In this document: positions 61,919 to 64,000 of the stretch, piece by piece
Numbering within the stretch: position 1 is the first letter of the stretch
How the letters are laid out: the number at the start of each line of letters is the position of its first letter
Assembly: GCA_021513695.1 (NCBI GenBank)
Contig: CP084166.1
Location: 1,600,001 to 1,664,000, forward strand
Direction of reading: 5' to 3'
Source: Candidatus Heimdallarchaeum aukensis
GTDB lineage: Archaea > Asgardarchaeota > Heimdallarchaeia > Heimdallarchaeales > Heimdallarchaeaceae
Length of the DNA: 64,000 bases
Translations under genes and position numbers: made by a program
The notes under the pieces: generated by a model
What the model saw: only the letters and a program-made list of their open reading frames with translations
What the model was told of the DNA's origin: nothing
The model's database searches: none

Positions 61919-62708
61919 AAAAATCGAAATAATAAAAATCGGAGGATCGGTAATAACTGATAAACGAAATTATAAAACTTTGTTAACAAAGAATCTTGCG
62001 AGAATAATAGAAGAGATTTCATTATCCTTTGATAAATCGAGAATAATTATTCATGGAGCAGGTTCTTTTGGGCACATTGTTGCAAAAAAATATGATATAA
62101 TTAATGGTTTCAAAAAGACAGAACAAATCAAAGGAATAATAAAAATTCGAGAAGATATGACAGAATTAACAAAAAATATTGTAAGACTACTAAACGAAAA
62201 AAACTTGAAAGCTATTTCTTTCCAAACTAGTGCTATAACTTTTGAGAATCAAGAAACGAGAAGAATAGAAATCTTTGTTGAGCCTATCAAAAAAGCTTTA
62301 GAAATGGATTTGATTCCTGTTTTATCGGGAGATATTATATTTAGTGAGAACAGAAGTTTTTCTATAATTAGCGGAGATCAACTAATAGAAGTATTAACAC
62401 ACTTTTTCGAGGTTGAAAGAGTAGTTTTTTGCTCAGATATCGACGGACTATTAGTATATAATGAAAAAAATGAGCAATTGCTAATTGAAGAAATAGAATA
62501 TAATAAAATAGATACAATAAACATAGCTAAAATAAAAGAAACAGAAAAAATTGACGTTACAGGAGAGATGAATAATAAATTTAATATTATAAGAAAACTT
62601 TCAGACAAAGTTAATGAAGTAGTATTGGTTAACGGATTAATTGAAGGGAGACTTCGCTCTGTCTTAAACAATGAAAAAACGATATGTACAAAAATAATTA
62701 ATAAATAG
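61908..62708 (+). CDS. isopentenyl phosphate kinase (amino-acid-kinase family)
   Basis: IIKIGGSVITDK and HGAGSFGH are present. It lies immediately downstream of mvk with an 11-nt overlap, the canonical archaeal MK-IPK pair. Confidence 0.75.
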   Translation: MNSKKIEIIKIGGSVITDKRNYKTLLTKNLARIIEEISLSFDKSRIIIHGAGSFGHIVAKKYDIINGFKKTEQIKGIIKIREDMTELTKNIVRLLNEKNLKAISFQTSAITFENQETRRIEIFVEPIKKALEMDLIPVLSGDIIFSENRSFSIISGDQLIEVLTHFFEVERVVFCSDIDGLLVYNEKNEQLLIEEIEYNKIDTINIAKIKETEKIDVTGEMNNKFNIIRKLSDKVNEVVLVNGLIEGRLRSVLNNEKTICTKIINK

Positions 62709-62727
62709 AAATGAATAGATGATTATT

Positions 62728-63180
62728 CTATTCATATATCCATTCTTCATCTATTTTTTGATACTGAACAAATTCTTCTTCATCAAAATAGATAGAATAT
62801 TCAATTTTTGCATTTTCTGGTGAGTCACCAGCATGAATTATATTACGTCCAATTTCTAATGCAAAATCTCCTCGTATTGTACCTGGTTGAGCATCAACAG
62901 GATCTGTAGCTCCGACTATTTTACGTGTTAATTTAACAGCATTTTTTCCTTCAACAACCATTGCTACTACAGGACCGCTAGTTATATATTCAATTAAGCC
63001 TTCATAAAATGATTTTCCTTTATGAATAGCATAATGTTCTTCTGCCATTTTTTTGGTTAATTGGAGCATTTTTAGACCAATAATTTTTAGCCCTACACGC
63101 TCAATGCGTTTGATAACATCACCAATTAATCCTCGCTGAACACCATCAGGTTTTATCATGATAAATTCTCGTTCCATATT
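62728..63180 (-). CDS. ndk: nucleoside diphosphate kinase (start at MEREF..., not the track's 63219)
   Basis: EREFIMIKPDGVQRGL and NIIHGSD-type NIIHAGDS are present. The protein is about 150 aa. Confidence 0.9.
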   Translation of the reverse strand, partial: NMEREFIMIKPDGVQRGLIGDVIKRIERVGLKIIGLKMLQLTKKMAEEHYAIHKGKSFYEGLIEYITSGPVVAMVVEGKNAVKLTRKIVGATDPVDAQPGTIRGDFALEIGRNIIHAGDSPENAKIEYSIYFDEEEFVQYQKIDEEWIYE

Positions 63181-63306
63181 AACACCAAAATCGAAAAAGT
63201 ATAAGGAAATAAAAAACATTCGATTAAGTTTTAAATTACATTATTAGAAAATTACTAAAAATAGGATAAAAACAAACGAAAAACAGTTTAGAAAGAAAGA
63301 AAAGAA

Positions 63307-63495
63307 TTAGAAAATTTTCTTTTCGTATTTAGTTGTATATTTTAGTTTTTTGGGGTCTCGCTTGAAGTCAAGATTTGATCTTTTACATTTATTACTACAA
63401 AAATGTAAAACGTTTCCAGTGCGTTGAACATATAATAAACCTTGACCATGGGGAATTTCTTTTCCGCAAAATGAACAAGTTCGTGTTTTTGGCAT
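63307..63495 (-). CDS. rpl24e: 50S ribosomal protein L24e
   Basis: MPKTRTCSFCGKEIPHGQGLLYVQRTGNVLHFCSNKC is the L24e zinc-ribbon signature. Confidence 0.85.
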   Translation of the reverse strand: MPKTRTCSFCGKEIPHGQGLLYVQRTGNVLHFCSNKCKRSNLDFKRDPKKLKYTTKYEKKIF

Positions 63496-63505
63496 ATTTT
63501 GTCAC

Positions 63506-63721
63506 CTATCGTCTCCTTATTTTTCTTGCTTCACGCTCAGTTTCTCTAAGCATGAGTATATCTCCTTTTCTTACAGGACCCTTAAGATTACGTGTAATAA
63601 TACGATTTTTGTCAGGTCCTTCTAGGACTTTTACTCTTGCTTGGATGACTTCCCCCACTGAACCAGTTCTATCTAAAACCTGGATAACTTCAGCAGGTAT
63701 TCCTAGATCTTCAGAGCTCAT
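63506..63721 (-). CDS. rps28e: 30S ribosomal protein S28e
   Basis: [47 protein letters not shown] is present. Confidence 0.85.
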   Translation of the reverse strand: MSSEDLGIPAEVIQVLDRTGSVGEVIQARVKVLEGPDKNRIITRNLKGPVRKGDILMLRETEREARKIRRR

Positions 63722-63735
63722 TCTTAATCACCAAA

Positions 63736-64000
63736 TTATTTTTTGAGTTCTGCAATCTTTTGAGCGAGACTTTCAAGAGTGCTTTTAGCTTCTCCAGCTT
63801 TTACTACTGCTATTGAAGCTGAACCAACAGAAAGACCCACTGCCTTTCCTAATTCTTCTTTTGTTGGAACAAAAGTGTAAGGTATTTTGTTCTCTTCACA
63901 TAACAAAGGAAGGTGCATTACGATTTCTGGTGGTTCGACATCTTCAGCAATGTAAACCATAGAAGCGGTTTTTCTTTCTACAGCTTTAGTAACCTCATTA
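63736..64000 (-). CDS. rpl7ae: ribosomal protein L7Ae (N-terminus continues beyond the window end)
   Basis: ...NEVTKAVERKTASMVYIAEDVEPPEIVMHLPLLCEENKIPYTFVPTKEELGKAVG... is present. The in-frame translation continues upstream of the track's Met through 64000. Confidence 0.8.
   Translation of the reverse strand, partial: NEVTKAVERKTASMVYIAEDVEPPEIVMHLPLLCEENKIPYTFVPTKEELGKAVGLSVGSASIAVVKAGEAKSTLESLAQKIAELKK

Overview
This window is an AT-rich (about 30% GC) chromosomal segment from an archaeon, probably an Asgard/Loki-type lineage. That lineage call is inference. It rests on an actin gene (12868-14004) whose product aligns along its whole length to eukaryotic actin, together with archaeal hallmarks. 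The hallmarks are the conserved clusters L7Ae-S28e-L24e-NDK and Rpo10-uS2-mevalonate kinase-isopentenyl phosphate kinase, TiaS, aIF5B, archaeal-type ProRS/LeuRS/ThrRS, A/V-ATPase subunits I and C, prefoldin beta, Cdc48, a geranylgeranyl reductase, archaeal phosphoglycerate mutase and a Roadblock/LC7 protein. Most of the window is housekeeping and metabolism.

The clearly accessory content is listed here.
- Two GC-rich (about 45%) TnpB-like IS200/605-type elements on the minus strand sit at 1174-2628 and 30247-31545. They share a characteristic left-end architecture.
- A stand-alone gamma-class N6-adenine DNA methyltransferase with no visible restriction partner lies at 3910-5439.

Several observations fall outside ordinary annotation.
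- A/V-ATPase subunit I is 1042 aa and contains an internal duplication of its cytoplasmic N-terminal domain. Its operon fragment holds only I and C.
- A 56-aa histone-fold gene at 56442-56612 has a truncated alpha-3 and is absent from the ORF track.
- A GC-rich, hairpin-dense non-coding patch at 40060-40205 follows a 2x31-nt tandem repeat in a 670-nt intergenic gap.
- Uncharacterised proteins sit next to actin (14186-15124) and at 21140-22558 (zinc fingers plus a PH-like segment).
- A PutA-type proline dehydrogenase lies near a sarcosine-oxidase/Hcn-like alpha-beta flavoenzyme pair.

No CRISPR array, rRNA or convincing tRNA was found. All calls come from reading the six-frame translations and the raw sequence by eye. 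No database search was run.
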